From Tubiluchus corallicola (lineage: Eukaryota > Animalia > Priapulida), in NCBI GenBank assembly GCA_030141605.1, contig JAQGDQ010000033.1, positions 985,214-1,049,213 on the forward strand: 64,000 bases of DNA, written 5' to 3'. Numbering within the stretch: position 1 is the first letter of the stretch; each line of letters starts with the position of its first letter. Positions 37,826 to 52,600 of the stretch are shown one piece after another. The notes under the pieces are model-generated. The model did no database searches. It was given only the letters and a program-made list of their open reading frames with translations, and had not been told where the DNA came from. The position numbers were made by a program, and so were the translations under genes.

Positions 37826-39942
37826 ATGCTGAATAATGTTCATGAAGATTTGTCTTTGCCCAAAGAAATAGCAGAAGCTGCTCTTGTTAAAGGAAATTAC
37901 CAGTATTACCATTACTTGTGTGATGGCCACGATGATAGGGTAAGCTAACTTTTTTGCTCTTTCATATATTAGAACTTGAATAAGACTATGTGTTGCTGAC
38001 CAGCTAGAAGTTATTGCAATTATTAGGCTTGGACAATGCTTCTAAGAACAGACCATCCTATATCCTTATGCCAACCATTTTTGTGGTGTGTAATATTATT
38101 GCTGGCTGAGTTGGTGTTTCTTTTTGCACTACTTGATAAAACAGTTATCATTCTGAATTGATCAGAATTTGATGGGATTTCTGAGCATTAGATTGGTCAG
38201 TAACTGGTACTGGATCAGCTTTAATCAATCTTAAAAGTCATTGGTTGGGGAAGATCAGTTTTTGTCAGTATTGTATTTGAAGAAAGATTTTCCACAGTTC
38301 CAATTTGTTCCAAGGTCTGTCTTACTTGGCTCAGAACTTTCTTAAAGTACTTAGTGACATGCATGAGGTATATAACTATTATCATACTTTTCTAGTTTTT
38401 TTCTAAAGCTGCTTTTTAAAACTCTCTACTAACCTGAGAGATAGGCATTACATTTTCTTTTGAATATCACCTGGAACAATACCAGCAGAATTTTTCGATC
38501 TTTCAACCGTTTTTGTGGTCATGGATCTCATTCTTGCTGATTCATACAGTCTCTAGTTAATGCTTATAATCGTTTACATTTAATATGAGTGGCACTGCCT
38601 AGTTTGGGAATGCTCTTGCAAAATATTATAATAGTCAAAATCATTGTTGTTCAGAATAGTAAGTTGCAGTAGCAACTTATATTACAGAATTACTGTGTAA
38701 ATGCAATTCAAATAATAAATTAATTACAGGTAATGGTTTAACTTGTGTATTTTATTTCATTTGTTTGCTAAAAATTGCATTTCAATTGTTTATACAAGTT
38801 TTACTGTTGTTTTCTGAAATTCTTGTGTTTGTAATTTGTAATAAAACAATTGATTTTACAGGGCTGGGGCTGTGGCTATCGGACACTACAAACTCTTTGC
38901 TCCTGGGTGAAAGGTCAACTTGAGTCAAAAGGAGGCAGTTCTAGGGAAGTTCCAGACATATTGTCTATGCAGCAAGCATTGCTGGACATGAAAGATAAAC
39001 CAGGATCATTTGCGGGATCAAAGGAGTGGATAGGCAGCTTTGAAGCCTGCCTTATCATTGATCATTTTTATAATGTAAGCATAAAAACGTTTAATTTGCA
39101 ATTTACCAATTAGACTTAATCTCAAAATTTTTTGTTTACTTTTGAATTTTATAGATTTGCTGTTTGTTATGCAGGTACCTTGCAAGATCATACACTTAAA
39201 TTATGGGTCACAGCTCCAGCAGCATAGTGATGATATCATTACGCATTTTCGCATCTTTGGATCTCCCATAATGATGGGTGGAAACACTGATAGTTCTTCA
39301 AAAGGCATATTGGGTGTTTCAAGAATTAAAGAGAAAATTTACTTGTTAGTCTTGGTAAGACACATCATTCACGTGATATGATTTGAATAAAATCAGTAAT
39401 AATACTGTCAATTAGCCTCTCGTGGATTACCCATGTTGTAGATTATATGCACATTACTGCACGCTATTAGTTTCTTACCTTAGCATAAGAACATACCATG
39501 TGGCTTCCATATAAATGAGAGACTGGTGCTCACATTATCTAGTATACATTTGAATATTAGTTTGTCAAATGCAGTGTGAGGTTCTTGTGTATTAATTTTG
39601 TTTAATCTGTCTATCAGCAAATTTTGTATTTAAAAGATTTCAGAGTGCTAGCAATGAGCAAAACTATTTATGGATTCCTTCAAATTAGACATGGAACTAA
39701 CATATTAAAAGCAGTCTTGACAGTTTAATTTGTCATTGTTAAATTTATTTTATGCCACGTATCATGTCATTACATGTATTATTCTTTACAAAATATTTTT
39801 TTGTGTGTAGGATCCACATTTTGTTGGCAAGCCAAACAGAAAATTATTGCAGGACGAGGGATGGGTGCAATGGAAGTCATTGAGTGATTTCAGCTCCTCT
39901 TCATTTTACAATTTGTGCTGCCCACAATTAGAAGCTAGTTGA
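37826..39942 (+). CDS. UFSP1: Ufm1-specific cysteine protease, UFSP1 type (about 212 aa from the first in-exon ATG; an upstream exon is likely)
   Basis: Exons 37821-37939 ([14 protein letters not shown]), 38862-39074 ([21 protein letters not shown]), 39175-39354 (SPIMMGG), 39811-39942 ([15 protein letters not shown]). Catalytic Cys and DPH box are intact. GCGYRTLQT is the UFSP1-type motif, versus GCAYRSLQT in UFSP2. Confidence 0.9.
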
Positions 39943-41409
39943 CGACTCATTTCTTATGTAATTTAATGTATAATTATTGGAAATTCATTTGCGTATTTAT
40001 GATTTCTGTTGAATTTATATTTTGCGAAAATAAAATAAACAAAATACACATTATTCCGTTCACAACTATACAGGTGTATGGAATTTACGAAATATCAGCA
40101 CTTGCTGTTGCAACTGATTGTCACACTGCATGAGAGACTAGAAGTAGCTGACATTTTACAATTTTCGTGTTATTTAATTAACTTTAAATTAAGTAGCACT
40201 CAAAATATATTGTACACCTTAAATAAATAGTATAATTATACACTACACAGTACACATTAGACTGTAACATTTCTGGTCCTGAATTAAATATGGAAACTAA
40301 AATAACAGAATAAAACAGCTAGCATTATGGTTTAATTATTCCTAAAACCATAACTTTAACAAACTTTAACATTACAACAAACCAGTTCTTTGAAACAATG
40401 TCATTTAAGTCATTTGAAAATTTCAGCATAATACATGTAACAGACAAAACGCTAGAGCATTAAGCAAGGTCACTACTTTTGATACAGTATACATCTCATC
40501 TATCTATACACGTCTGTAAATTTACAAAATTATGCAGACGTTTCATTCATCAAACTTAAGTGAACATTACTTCATCAATACTCGTTTCTTTAGCTTCTAT
40601 ACATAAACATGAAGCAATTTAAAATATTGACCTTTTACAAACCTCTAGAGCAGAAATTAACGACTGGAAGTAAATGAGTACGGTTTAAGACTGCATAAAA
40701 AGTTGCTGTGAAAAACAGTTGTCCTAAAAACCTGTACTCGTATGGTTTTAGTGAAACGTAGGAATTAAGCCCACTTTTTAGAGACTCTAACTTTGAGGAC
40801 TGTGGCCTGAGTGATTTCTTAATCATTTCTAAATTACCGGGTACACATTCACTCTACAGACTTGCATTATCTCTTATCTGAATTCTTATCTTTAGAAGAG
40901 TTTTTTATCTTTTATCAGAAGTAACAATGAAGAATCAACACTTGGTGATAAGGGATTGACATGTTTATTTCTATCTACTTATTCACTATAATTATTGCTA
41001 AAATGTTTATAATGATTCTAGGAAGTAATGTCTAAGAAAGAGCAAAGCTAATTATTTGTCGATTTCTATTTGAATATTTTATATGCTACTGTAATTTTAC
41101 ATTAATGTACATTTCTACATTAACTTAAAAGGTACATCAGCTTATAACTCTTCTCCTTTCTTATGAACAGACGTCTCCATATTATTCATAATACAGTATT
41201 ACTTGCAACAACTTTGCAGACAGATAGGTGTTGCCGCCAAGCAATTCTATTAAATTAATCATTTGGCAACACAAATTAGTGTACATTTGAAAATTTGGTA
41301 TCATAGTGATTGTGTCTCGAACAAAACTAAAGTAGACCAAGAGTGTAGATTTTAATAATAAAACTTACTACGCTGTACAAGTAATTATTTTAATTAATAA
41401 TACGTTGAA

Positions 41410-41994
41410 TGCAGAGTTTTCTTGTTTTCTGGCTATTTGCTAAATTAGGCTATATACTGCACATATTAAAACCACTGGGAAAAAGAATAAGAGACTAGTG
41501 TCAATTACATTAATAAATATGTAGGACCATTCAACGTTAAAAATACCTTCATTCCATACATACAGTTAGAAACCAACAGTCTATAGGGCAAAGACCAATT
41601 TTGTTTTTGTTGCATAAATATTGTATTTGTACGGATGCAAAACAGCTAAATACCTTTCTGCAACTATTAGGCAAAGGTGCATTACACTAGCATTTGTCAT
41701 CCAAACAGCAAGAAATTCTAGGACTTCAATAAAGGTTATAATATAGATTCTATCTTTCACCACATTGCTGATCATGAAAATAAGTTCGAAAGCAATTAAT
41801 AAATCAGTAACAGCCAAGGAAACGATCAGTGCATTTACGTTCGTCTGTAACTGCTCATACATGTACACAGCGATGTGGACTAACAAATTTCCAATAAGTA
41901 TAGCAACATCAGACAATACCATCACAAATATAAGAATCACTTTGTGCTGGTGGTTAATGCTGACTGTTACATCGGTTGGTGATTGATTAGCCAT
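41410..41994 (-). pseudogene. Intronless class A (rhodopsin-like, amine/adenosine-receptor-like) GPCR pseudogene
   Basis: ATG at 41994 (MANQS). TM1 GNLLV, TM2 SLAVTDLL, TM3 ASVMHLCLIVAERYLAVLHPYKY. The same frame continues through stops at 41581, 41566 and 41440 to a TM5-like FFFPVVLICAVYSLI*QIARKQ. TM6-7 not found. Confidence 0.82.
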
Positions 41995-43357
41995 GACAGA
42001 CAAAGAAGCCAAATTTTACAGCACCAAAACACGTGCTTGTAGAAAGTAAAATCTATAACTTTAACCAAGCGATATTAAAATAATCTGCCAAGAAAAACAG
42101 CTACAGTATAATTATTTTAAGACGTATCCACTTTAAGCAAAAAGTACCTTATCTCAGTATCACAGTAACAGAGATGAAACACAAGCACCCGTGATGCCTT
42201 TGCATACTCACTGCGCACAATCATACTATTGCAAATAACTGAAAGCAAGTTGGTGCCTTAATCGCTGCACGCTAATGAAACAGTACTTCATGCATCAGCT
42301 CATAAAACATCTTCACAAGTTAGGTTGTCCTACGTCGCAATATTTGTTCTATTGTTATATAATTAGCTATGACAGCAACAGTATCGATATTCCTGTCCAT
42401 AGTAACCATTCTATTTTATTAGGAAAGGTACAAAGCACAGTCCATAATGGAAAAGCAATATTGTTTTCATTAGTATTCTTATGTCAATAAACATAGGAAT
42501 GAATGACAAAAGGGCCCATATCATTACAGTATTACCATTGGTATCACATTGCGCAAATGTCCTGCAGTAGCAGGCTGTAATTTATGTTTTCCCGTTTCCT
42601 TGGTATCACTAAAGCTTGATCATCTAATAATTTTAAACAAGTGCAGCATTTGCTCTGACACTTGCTAATTGCATTTCATGAGCAATTAGCTGAGCAAAGT
42701 TCTATTTGGCTGCCAGAATGATTGTTTGGCCAGATTCATGAAAACTAACAATCAATGTAACCAATGTAAGTATCATCTCATGTGTCAATATTTGCTGATG
42801 AAAAATGTATACTGGATGAACAAGCTGTGCAAATAGCAGCTGGAGCAATTATATTAAATTTTAATGTAGAAAAGTGTTCAAAAATCCAAATATAAGTTCA
42901 GGATAAGATGGAAGAGCTAATTAAAAGAAAAAGACCTGATGGCTTTCTGTCAGTAAGAATTTAAAATTTTCTCTTTAGGGTGGAATTGCTGCAACAAAGG
43001 CTCATCAGTCATCACACATTAGCAATTCTTAGGTAGATGTTTCAGTTTTGGGAGAGATTTATTCTTAACATGCTAAAAACACATATTAGGCATATCAAGT
43101 ATTCAATACAAGTGTAATCACCAGCAAAAGAACTTCCAACCATTGGAATAAGAAAAAAGAGCTGTGAGTTTAGTGCTTGGAGCACAGACCAGGAAATTCT
43201 TTTTTTTGATTTATATTTAGTGGATTCTTGGGACAACAAGAGGTGGCTCTTGAGAAGTTCCGAACTGTCAACGGATCTAACAAATTAGACAAAGTCCTCT
43301 TTTTCCAGAAAAGAACATCAACAAGCTTAAGCAGTCACTAATATAAGATGTTTAGAG

Positions 43358-43639
43358 CAGTGGTTCCCAACTTTTTTTATGTCCATTGCCCAGTCGGCCG
43401 TCAGAAGAAAACACCAAGGCTCACTTTGGAATATGGACCACCATGGATTTGTCTTTGGCAACTATGCGTGTTCAAATGAAAACACTATTAAAATGAAGCT
43501 TTTCGTTATTGGATTACTTATTGTTTTTTTTACAGGATTTTCTATTCTATGACAGAACCTTCTCTTAATTCACAACAAAGAAAAAGGAAAAAAATATTTG
43601 ATCAGACTGCATAGCCTATCCACTGGTTGCCAAATGCTG
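43358..43639. mobile_element. hAT-like MITE (degraded)
   Basis: Starts CAGTGGTTCCCAAC and ends GTTGCCAAATGCTG; flanks GTTTAGAG / GTTTAGGA. Confidence 0.55.
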
Positions 43640-44208
43640 GTTTAGGAGCTGGAGCAATCTTTGATTGAATTTGTTTGCCAACAGACCAGCAATGCTGTGG
43701 AATTGTCTACTGAGTTATATAGGAAGTGCACCAGTACTTGCTATCTTTAACAATAGACTTGATAAGCTTCGGAAAAAAGATTGCATTATTATATATTGCA
43801 ATTAATATCACACCAATATATCACTGGTAAGCAATGTCTGTTTCAATGTAGTTCATGTGTTTGCAAGCCACAAATTAACAGCGCTGAATTTGTTTATTTT
43901 TGTTTACTGCCTGTTTACAATATAATCTTGACTTTATCAAACAGTTTTTCTTCCTGGATACTATAAATATAAATTGCTTCATAACACAAATGTGGTTCAC
44001 CAATTTCTAAAATTAAAGTTCAACTTAGGCTGCAAATTCATAGTAAAAATTTCCCACAAGTGGTATGTGATCACCTACACCATAAAGTTAATAAATACAC
44101 TTGCCTTAGGCTGACAACCTAGAATTTTGTTTAGGCCTACTTAGTATTGCCGTATTAGGTATAGAGTGGAATCTCATTTCCTAAATTATCTTTAAGGAAC
44201 ATCTAGTG

Positions 44209-44644
44209 CAGGGATGTGAAATTATCTGATCAGCTGGACCACATTAAACATTCCCGCAATTCCTATGGGACGCATGCAGTTTGGTCAAAGAACCACGAAC
44301 ACTAAGGCCTAATGACCATTTTTTTTGTATCCAATCTGTTGCATCATTACTACTAACTGAGGAAAACTATTCTAGAAAGTATTAAATATTAAGAATATTT
44401 AATTTCAACTTTCATGTCAGATAGTGGTAATCTTATTACAATGGACATTAGTACTGATTCTGATCTATAAGAACACTACACCTGATCAAATAACCACTGA
44501 TTGAGGTGTACACTACCGAGCCTAAACAGAAATTAAAATCTGGGAATCCTCCTATATCAGGGGTGACCACACTTTTTCAGCTCGCGAGTTATTTACAGAT
44601 AGATTGGCCCAGTCGTCTTCTTGGTCGCAGTTTGCACACCCCTG
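44209..44644. mobile_element. hAT-like MITE with a perfect 8-bp TSD
   Basis: ATCTAGTG|CAGGGATGTGAAA ... TTTGCACACCCCTG|ATCTAGTG. Confidence 0.85.
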
Positions 44645-45215
44645 ATCTAGTGTGTATAGCCATGAATTTGGTTACACTTACAATACACATAAATAGTATA
44701 TGTGCCTTTCATAAAGTGTCAGATGCACATGTGTTATTTAGAGAATAAATGAGCACATGCACAATTGCTTTGCCGTAACAGAACAGGCGATGTAATGTAA
44801 TAGGTAACGTATCTGCTTGCTGCCTGGGAGGTCGAGAGTACGATACTATGGCCAGATTCCATTAGTGATACCAAAGACTCTAAAATAATACTTGCTGTCA
44901 GCATTTAAATCCGACTTTATAATAAAGTTTATCGTATATATTAATTTTGGTGATATGGGCTTAATATATATCATTATTACTATTATTGCTAGTAAGTCAG
45001 AGAATCATTTAGCTAAGACAGTTTCTTTGATTCCTAGTAATGTTAGTTATGCAGCATTTACTGTACTAGGTATTACTTTGCACTACTTGTAATGTGACGA
45101 GGGATAACATTTGGCAATAACTTACACAATGTATCTAGCCTGGACCTACATGACCCGATGAAGCAATTTAACCATCAATTTTTATAATTAGGAATAAACA
45201 ATAACAGCTGAACAT

Positions 45216-48200
45216 CTAATTTGCAAAGATATCGCCCATGGGTATCCAAATATTTTTCACTTGCACTGCATGGTACAGAAATTCCTCCCCTTGGCCTTGA
45301 GCTGGATCAGTCCAATCACGAGATTCTCCATAATTGACCCATGTCCGTTTGAGGTTCTCAGCTGACACATACTCAACAAACTGTGACCCTTCTGCTGAGC
45401 CAAAGTACCACATTGCCTAAAACAAAACAGCAGTGAAAAGGTAATATAGCAGATTGATGATAAGTTGAACTAAACTAAATACTATACTCAGTCCTAGAAT
45501 TAAATGGCAGGTAAAAACAATCGTCAACAAACAATTATACTTAAGACATTATCACTGTCAAGACGAATCTAGATGTGAACATGAGTATAACAATATCTTG
45601 TAACACAGTTTCTTACTAATAATATTACCATAATAATATAAATGATATTATAATATAATAACTAAACAATATGATTTATTGGGTACAAAAAATATACAAT
45701 TACCATGAATCGACACATCAGAAAAAAGATGTATATGTCACAGCTAGATGGATTAAAAAACAAACAAAATAAAATAAAATAATAATAAGTATTCATAATT
45801 CTGCCTATTTTTGAAACAAATGTGCACTAGCCAGCATACAAATTTAAATATTTCAGTATCAGAACTGCTACATAAGAATATAAACTGTTCATCTGTTGTT
45901 AGGTTAACAAAATTAGGACATATATTCATTACAACGTAAAAGTATTTAGCTCTAATATTGTTATGTTTAGCACACAACATTAATATATGTTTTTGTCCTC
46001 GATTTTATTTAGATCGCAATAGTTACTTATTCTTAGTTTAGGATGCATCTTATGGGCCATATGTTGTCTTCCAGTCTCTATTGCGAGATTACGGGAGCTT
46101 ATTCGAAATTTTATGACATCTGCTCCAACAACTTTTGGTAAATTGTTAATAACTGCCGGTAATAATTGTAAACTATTATGTAACAAAAGCAGCTGCAAAA
46201 TATCGTTCTCAGTAAACAAAGACAAGGCTTTTGTATGACTTTACTCAGTGTTTGGTTTTTAACAGCCTCTCAGAAAGACTTCTTCTTAATGTTCTACCTG
46301 ACCACTTTGTCATTAGAAGCTTTCATAGTTTGGTTTTCCATAGTTTTTCACCTACCTGTACATTCTGGTGTTCAGCGAGGTACTTAGTAATATGATCTCT
46401 ACTGCCCGTTAGAATATTCACAATGCCATCGGGTAAATCAGAAGTATCAAACACCTAAATTAAGTTAAGTTGCATTTTAAAATTTTTCGATACAATTTGA
46501 TAATGTTTTAACCAATAATAAGCCTAATAAGCTAAGTAATTCAAAATTATCATATAAGCTACACAAAATGGTTCTGACGTGTTCTAAAACTCAATAAATT
46601 AGTAGGTCAAAGACACTGCTATTCAAAAATAAAGAGTAATACAAAAAAAATGAAACCTTAACACAGAAGAAATTGAAATGACAAGTTCCTTAAAAGACAA
46701 CATCTTACTACTTTTCTCTTTAGCAATATCAGTTTGCTATTTTGCACTTGCTATTTATCTTTTTAAAACTGCACACCATTATTGCAGTATTATTTTAGAA
46801 ATGCAAATAAACTTTACTGTACTATTTTAGAACCACAGTTTCACCACTCATGAGGTATGTATCCATGCAAATAGTGAGACTCTGATCTATTACTGAAGAA
46901 TTTAAACTCAAGCTGCTGAATATGAAAATAGAAAATCTATGCAGGTAAAACAATTAACAGTAATACAATATAATCTTGTCACACACTTACTTGTAGAAGA
47001 TCCTAAGAAAGTCAAAGGCCAAAGTAAGAAAGATCAAAAACCAAATTTTTACCTGATAGAAATCAAGAGCACAAATAGGATGTTTTTCACTTGGTATAAT
47101 AACCACACAATTGGATCTGACCACAGCTGGTGCAAATAGTGACACGAAGTTAAGCAACGGATATTCATCTGGACAAGCGATACCGATCACCCCAACTGGT
47201 TCGTGGATCTTCGATGTTACCCCATACAATGGAGTTTCCTACAAAAAAGTACATAATTAAAAACAATATTTACTGGTTGGTAATACAAGCTCTATCCTAC
47301 AACAGGGATTACAGGTTTTTACCTGAACTGTACCACCAAACTTGTCGGCATATGCTCCCCAGTAGAACAGCCTCTGTACAGATAAATCAACTTCTTCTTT
47401 GCCTGCCTCTTCACTACATCCAGTCATCTGACACAGCTTAGCTGCAAATTCGTCTTTGCGCATCTCCAAATTCTCAGCCATGTAATAAACTATCTGAGAG
47501 CGGTTATATGCAGCGCGTTTGCCCCACCTAAAAGTTTATAAAATTTTTACAGTTTAGTAAACTTTCAGTTCTAGATTAGCTTTATAAAATGCTTGATTTT
47601 CTACTGCCAAGATAATTACCGAAAAATAGATGAGTACTTTGCTTTTTCAAGGATGTCAGAACCTAATAGCACCTGTGATTTCAACAGGCATTCTTTCACA
47701 AACCAATGGTGTTTACTGAACAGAAAAATGTTTAAGGTGTTAGCCACGTCAGACAGTTGTGCATTATTTCTCTGTCATGGGTCTCATGTGTCGACAAATA
47801 CACATAGTAATAGGAATTTTCCATAATCTACTCTTGCTAGTAAAAAATATAGTTTACCCAGGTGCTGCCTTAAATGCAACTTCCACAGCATTTCTTACAT
47901 CTTTTCTATTTGAGTCTCCAACCTGAGCAATGACTTTACCGGAAGCACTCAAAATAGGTCGACAGTGATTCTGATCCGGCCTTGCTTGCTTACCTCCATA
48001 GTATAACTTATATGTGTGATCAACTCTGTAAAAGCATCATGAATTTAATGAATGTTCAGAGTGAGAAAATATTTACAACCCAACAAATAATAGAACTACA
48101 TGTTTCATTTTACAATTCAAACTTGGCAAATATTAGTATGCAAGCATCAAAAAAGGAATCGCAGATTTGTATTTAAAAAAATATTATTTATAAAGAATCT

Positions 48201-49596
48201 AGAGGATCTAATCCAGCCATGCAAAATAAGAAAATGGAAAAAATTAAACAAAATCATTTTAGCAGCTGCAATAAATACTCACGCCGGCACTGTTATGCCA
48301 TTCACTAGGGTTTCAGCTATCGATACATTCAATGATGGTAACCCCATGACTACATTACCAAACTTCTTCAAGTCAAACTTCGGGTCAACTCTAGGCCTAG
48401 GTCTATGATACCATTTGGGTTGAACATATTCATACAGTCCCTACAAACACAAATAAACTGAGATATACTCCTACAATAATAGCTCTACTACATGTTAAAA
48501 ATCACCACCTGTTAATAATCAGCTGCCAACAAAAACTAAAATCAAATTAGAGCTATCAGCCACATCTTTCGGAAGTCCCCTGTTGCACAGTTCTGTTTAT
48601 CTAAAGCTGTTTCCAAGATCTGCTAAGATAATAATCTTTTGTTTAGTTGGAAAATGGCATTACTAGAAATCAAATAGCTGCAACAGCCCAGTGTTTCCAC
48701 AAATGCTGTTATACACTGATGCTACAATGTTGCACACATTATTTTTATAAATCTGTAATTATTTAAACAAAGTTTTACCTCTTTCCCACCATCTCTTCCA
48801 TAACCGCTCTCCCTATAACCACCAAATCCTGCAGCTGCATCAAACTGATTGTGACAATTTATCCACACTGTTCCAGCCTTGATGCTTACAGCAGCTTCCA
48901 GTGCTAGAGCAATATCCTGTGTCCACACGCTGGAACCCAGGCCATAGCGAGTGTTGTTGGCTAATGCTAGTCCTTCCTTTGCTGTGCGGAAGGGCATAGC
49001 AGTTAGCACTGGTCCAAAAATCTAAATTTCCAAACAACTGTTTAAACATGATGAAGCATGACAAGGCATGTCCGAAAGTTCCCAAACTATCTTAGCACAG
49101 TCTCACACATTATTTAATAAAATTGACCGCATGGCAAATTGAAGTAAGTTCTAATAATTTTTTCATCAGGCTGTAATTCTAGTTGGTGCAATACAGTTTT
49201 ATCAAGAAATAAAGCTGTTGTTTTAATCTCAGTTCACACTGTAGTAACTTGAGCACATAAGCACACTTGCAAAAAGAGTGTTATTTGAAACACCATTGTT
49301 TTTGCGTTGCACTTCAGAAATTATACAGCTGTGTCAGGCGTTGTCACCACCTGGCGTTCTATTGTGTTAGAGAGCGATAATTATGTAAATTACATCTGTT
49401 AGCCTGTTACCATCTGAGAAGCAGTAAGCAAAGATTGTGTCTAATGTATGTGCATTATTGATCATTGGTAGCAGGGTCTAATAGCATTCGTCAACAGCAT
49501 ACAACAACAATATTGGGCAAAAGGTTTTTGTGTGGTCTCATTACGCTGTTGTTGTAGTTGGTGTTGTTAATGGTGTTGTCCCAGTGACAGTTTCTG

Positions 49597-49632
<36 letters not shown>

Positions 49633-52600
49633 ACCTAGTGGGTCTAGTGTGGTGCTGGTTGTTATTGTGGTGGGTTTGTTGTGGGTGGTGTGGTATGATA
49701 TGGTGTGGTGGTGTGGATAGCTGGTATGGCATGAATGGTATAGGTTGTTGTTGGTATTATAGGTGTCATTGTCATTGCCATCATCATCATCATCATCATC
49801 ATCACCACCATCACCACTATATGATGTAATGGGCTTGGTGGGGAGTGGGGGGCAAGTACAGAGGGCATGATGAGTGTAATGTGTTGTTGTTGTGGTGGGT
49901 GTGGTATGGGTGGTGTGGATTGTTGTTGTGTGTTTATGCATAAAATCTGTTTGCAGGGTTTGTCTAGTTAATATATTAATCCTAGTGGTATATGTCTGGA
50001 AAAGTAATTTCCAGGGCTACAGCTTCAATGACTGCACCGTTTTTAGCAATCCATACATCAAACGAAAGATATCACCTTTAACAGGTTTTTCCATTAAATT
50101 CTTCAAACTGGGGCCACTAGGTGGAATGGGGGTGAGGCGAAACCTCCAAAATAGCCATTTTTTTGTAAAACTATAGTTCTTATTTCGAGAACAGTGGGTG
50201 TAGCAGGCACATCTAAATTTTGTGGGAGGTCCATAATAACCCATTAATGGTGTTTTCCCGATCTCAACCTATATATATATATACCATTTGTTTCGTACAT
50301 ATTTAGTAGATTTCACGCAATACAATAACAACAAAAAAGACAATGACTGAACAGAGTTAGCAGACAGACATGTAGAGATACAATGAATTAAATATATTAC
50401 AATTGTTGAAAAACATTTATAAGTGTGACAAGTATAGATAAAAGTGGTAGTAAAACAGTAAGTTTAACGCAACAAATTTGCACATTCTATGCTTGTAAAA
50501 TTTGTATGCGTAGGGGCTTTTACTATAATCCAAAATAACAGGATGATTCCAAGTTCTTTTTTGTGAGTTTCTCATTGGAAAAGATAGGGTGCAAATCCCA
50601 TTATATGTTGCCAACAGACCTTGCTTCATTAAGTTGTTGAACTTGCATCTGTTAAGAGTTAACAGTTAGTTTACATTACCACACACACAGTTTCAAATTT
50701 GCAAAAAATGTTTTAGCATAGTTTCACTAGACTGTTGTTTTTTGGGTACTTTCCGCTATTGTTGTCACCATCATCACACGATAGGCACGTTGGGCTATGG
50801 TGTGGTGTGGGTAAAGTGTAATTGGTAGGGTGTAGATGGTGTGGTGTGGTATAGTCTAATTGGTATGGTGTGGTGGATGTGATGTGGTGACTGAGGTGCG
50901 GTTTAGTAGCGTGGTTTATGCGCAAAATTCTTTTAAGGGGAGAGGGTTGGCTAGTAAACATGTTAAAACATTATTCCATTAGAATTAATTTATCGGAAAA
51001 TATCAGGCATCCTTTCAAAAACAGGTGAAATAGCTGCAAGTAAGTTTCTAACCTTCAAATTCACTTTGGAAAAAGGGTTTGACAACTATATATTGCTCGA
51101 ATAATTTAATATTACCTCTTCCTGCACTACTTTTGACACCGAAGAAACTTTAGTGATCAGTGTAGGTGGGTAGAATAAACCGCATTTAGGAAGATTTGTT
51201 GCCTCACATGCTTGGTAGACCTACGATATACATGTAATCATTAGTTTAAAGCAATTACAAACAACATTACAAATCACATTCAGATTGTAGATAACATTTT
51301 TGGATAGAAATTTCAAGACTTTAGAAACACTGAAACTTCAGTTTTACTCTGTATATTTTTCATATAATTTTTGGTGTATGTATGCATAATACAAAACTTT
51401 CCACCTGCTATTGCACTGTCTACTTTAAATTTGCAGCCACCCCATAATGCTAGCCAGAAATAAATAATGATAATATTTTAAAGCATATTTAAAACCTTGA
51501 AGAATGCAATGATATTTATAAATGGCTATATCTTGTGGTATTTACTATTTGAAAATTACCTCAGCACCTTCTTTTCTAGCATCATCAATGTATTCGCTTA
51601 TAGTCTTCATTTGTGACTCATCTACAACTGCTCCCATGTCAATAGCCTTATCTAGGCTGTGGCCTAGTCGAAAATGTGTCAGTCTTTCCTTCAGTTTATT
51701 TATCATTGTATCATAGACAGGCTCCTGTACCAGCAGCCTTGAACCAGCACTGCATACCTTAGTTAATATAAAATACACAATACAAATAATTACTCATCAT
51801 TCATTAAAGATAATTACAACTTATACATTATTTAGGCAGTTGGCAGATTGCAAGTCAGTATCTAGCACTAAGAACACAACCTGCTAACAAACGTGGCAAA
51901 ACCAAAATTTAGTAATATGTGGATAAAATCCGGGATATCTGACAATAAACTGGCAGAGATTTCTTAGCCCGATTTGAATGCACATACATATTTTTTCATA
52001 TATGTTTCTCAGTAATTACCAAGCTGCTTATTAACTCCAGCACTGCCTCACTTTGCAGCTGAGCACACACAGCACAGCCGATTAGCTACTTTTCATGCTA
52101 CAACCAAATTAATTGGGTATGTTAAGTCTTTTGCTAAGAGAAATGAATAGACATTATAACATAAGCCAACACAGTAGTTAAAGAACATTTATTATTAGTT
52201 AATGGGCCTACCTGTCCTTGGTTAAACCATATCGCATCAACTATGCCTTCCACTGTGCTGTCCAGGTCAGCACTATCAAAAACTACAACTGGTGACTTGC
52301 CACCTAATTCAAGTGATATCTTTTTACCAGTGCCAGCAGTAACTCTTCTCAAAAGCTGACCAATCTGAAAAATTATTAGTGCATAAATGTACAGCACATG
52401 AAAATCTTTCAAACCAATAGTTACAATTGAAGCACCAATCATGTAAGTATTGGCTATATACAGAAATGCTTATATTGTTGACACTTCCACCTTGTTTTTT
52501 TCTGGCAAAAACACAGAGATAGCTCTAGATGAAACACACTTCTAAGAAAGGAAAGAACTTCTACCTAGCCATCTGAGAACCACATACAAGTTAACTCTTC

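Noticed and set aside
37826-41994. Functional link between UFSP and the adjacent GPCR (cf. C. elegans ODR-8 in GPCR biogenesis)
   Set aside because: ODR-8 is UFSP2-type and the GPCR here is a pseudogene; the adjacency is likely coincidental.
42960-43015. CTGATGA hammerhead-like core on the minus strand (also CTGAGGA near 11911)
   Set aside because: No properly placed stem II plus GAAA, and no closing stems found.
49530-49941. Overlapping ORFs with poly-His/Met/Ile/Thr runs
   Set aside because: Artefacts of (CAT)n and TGGTG low-complexity DNA inside an ALDH16 intron.
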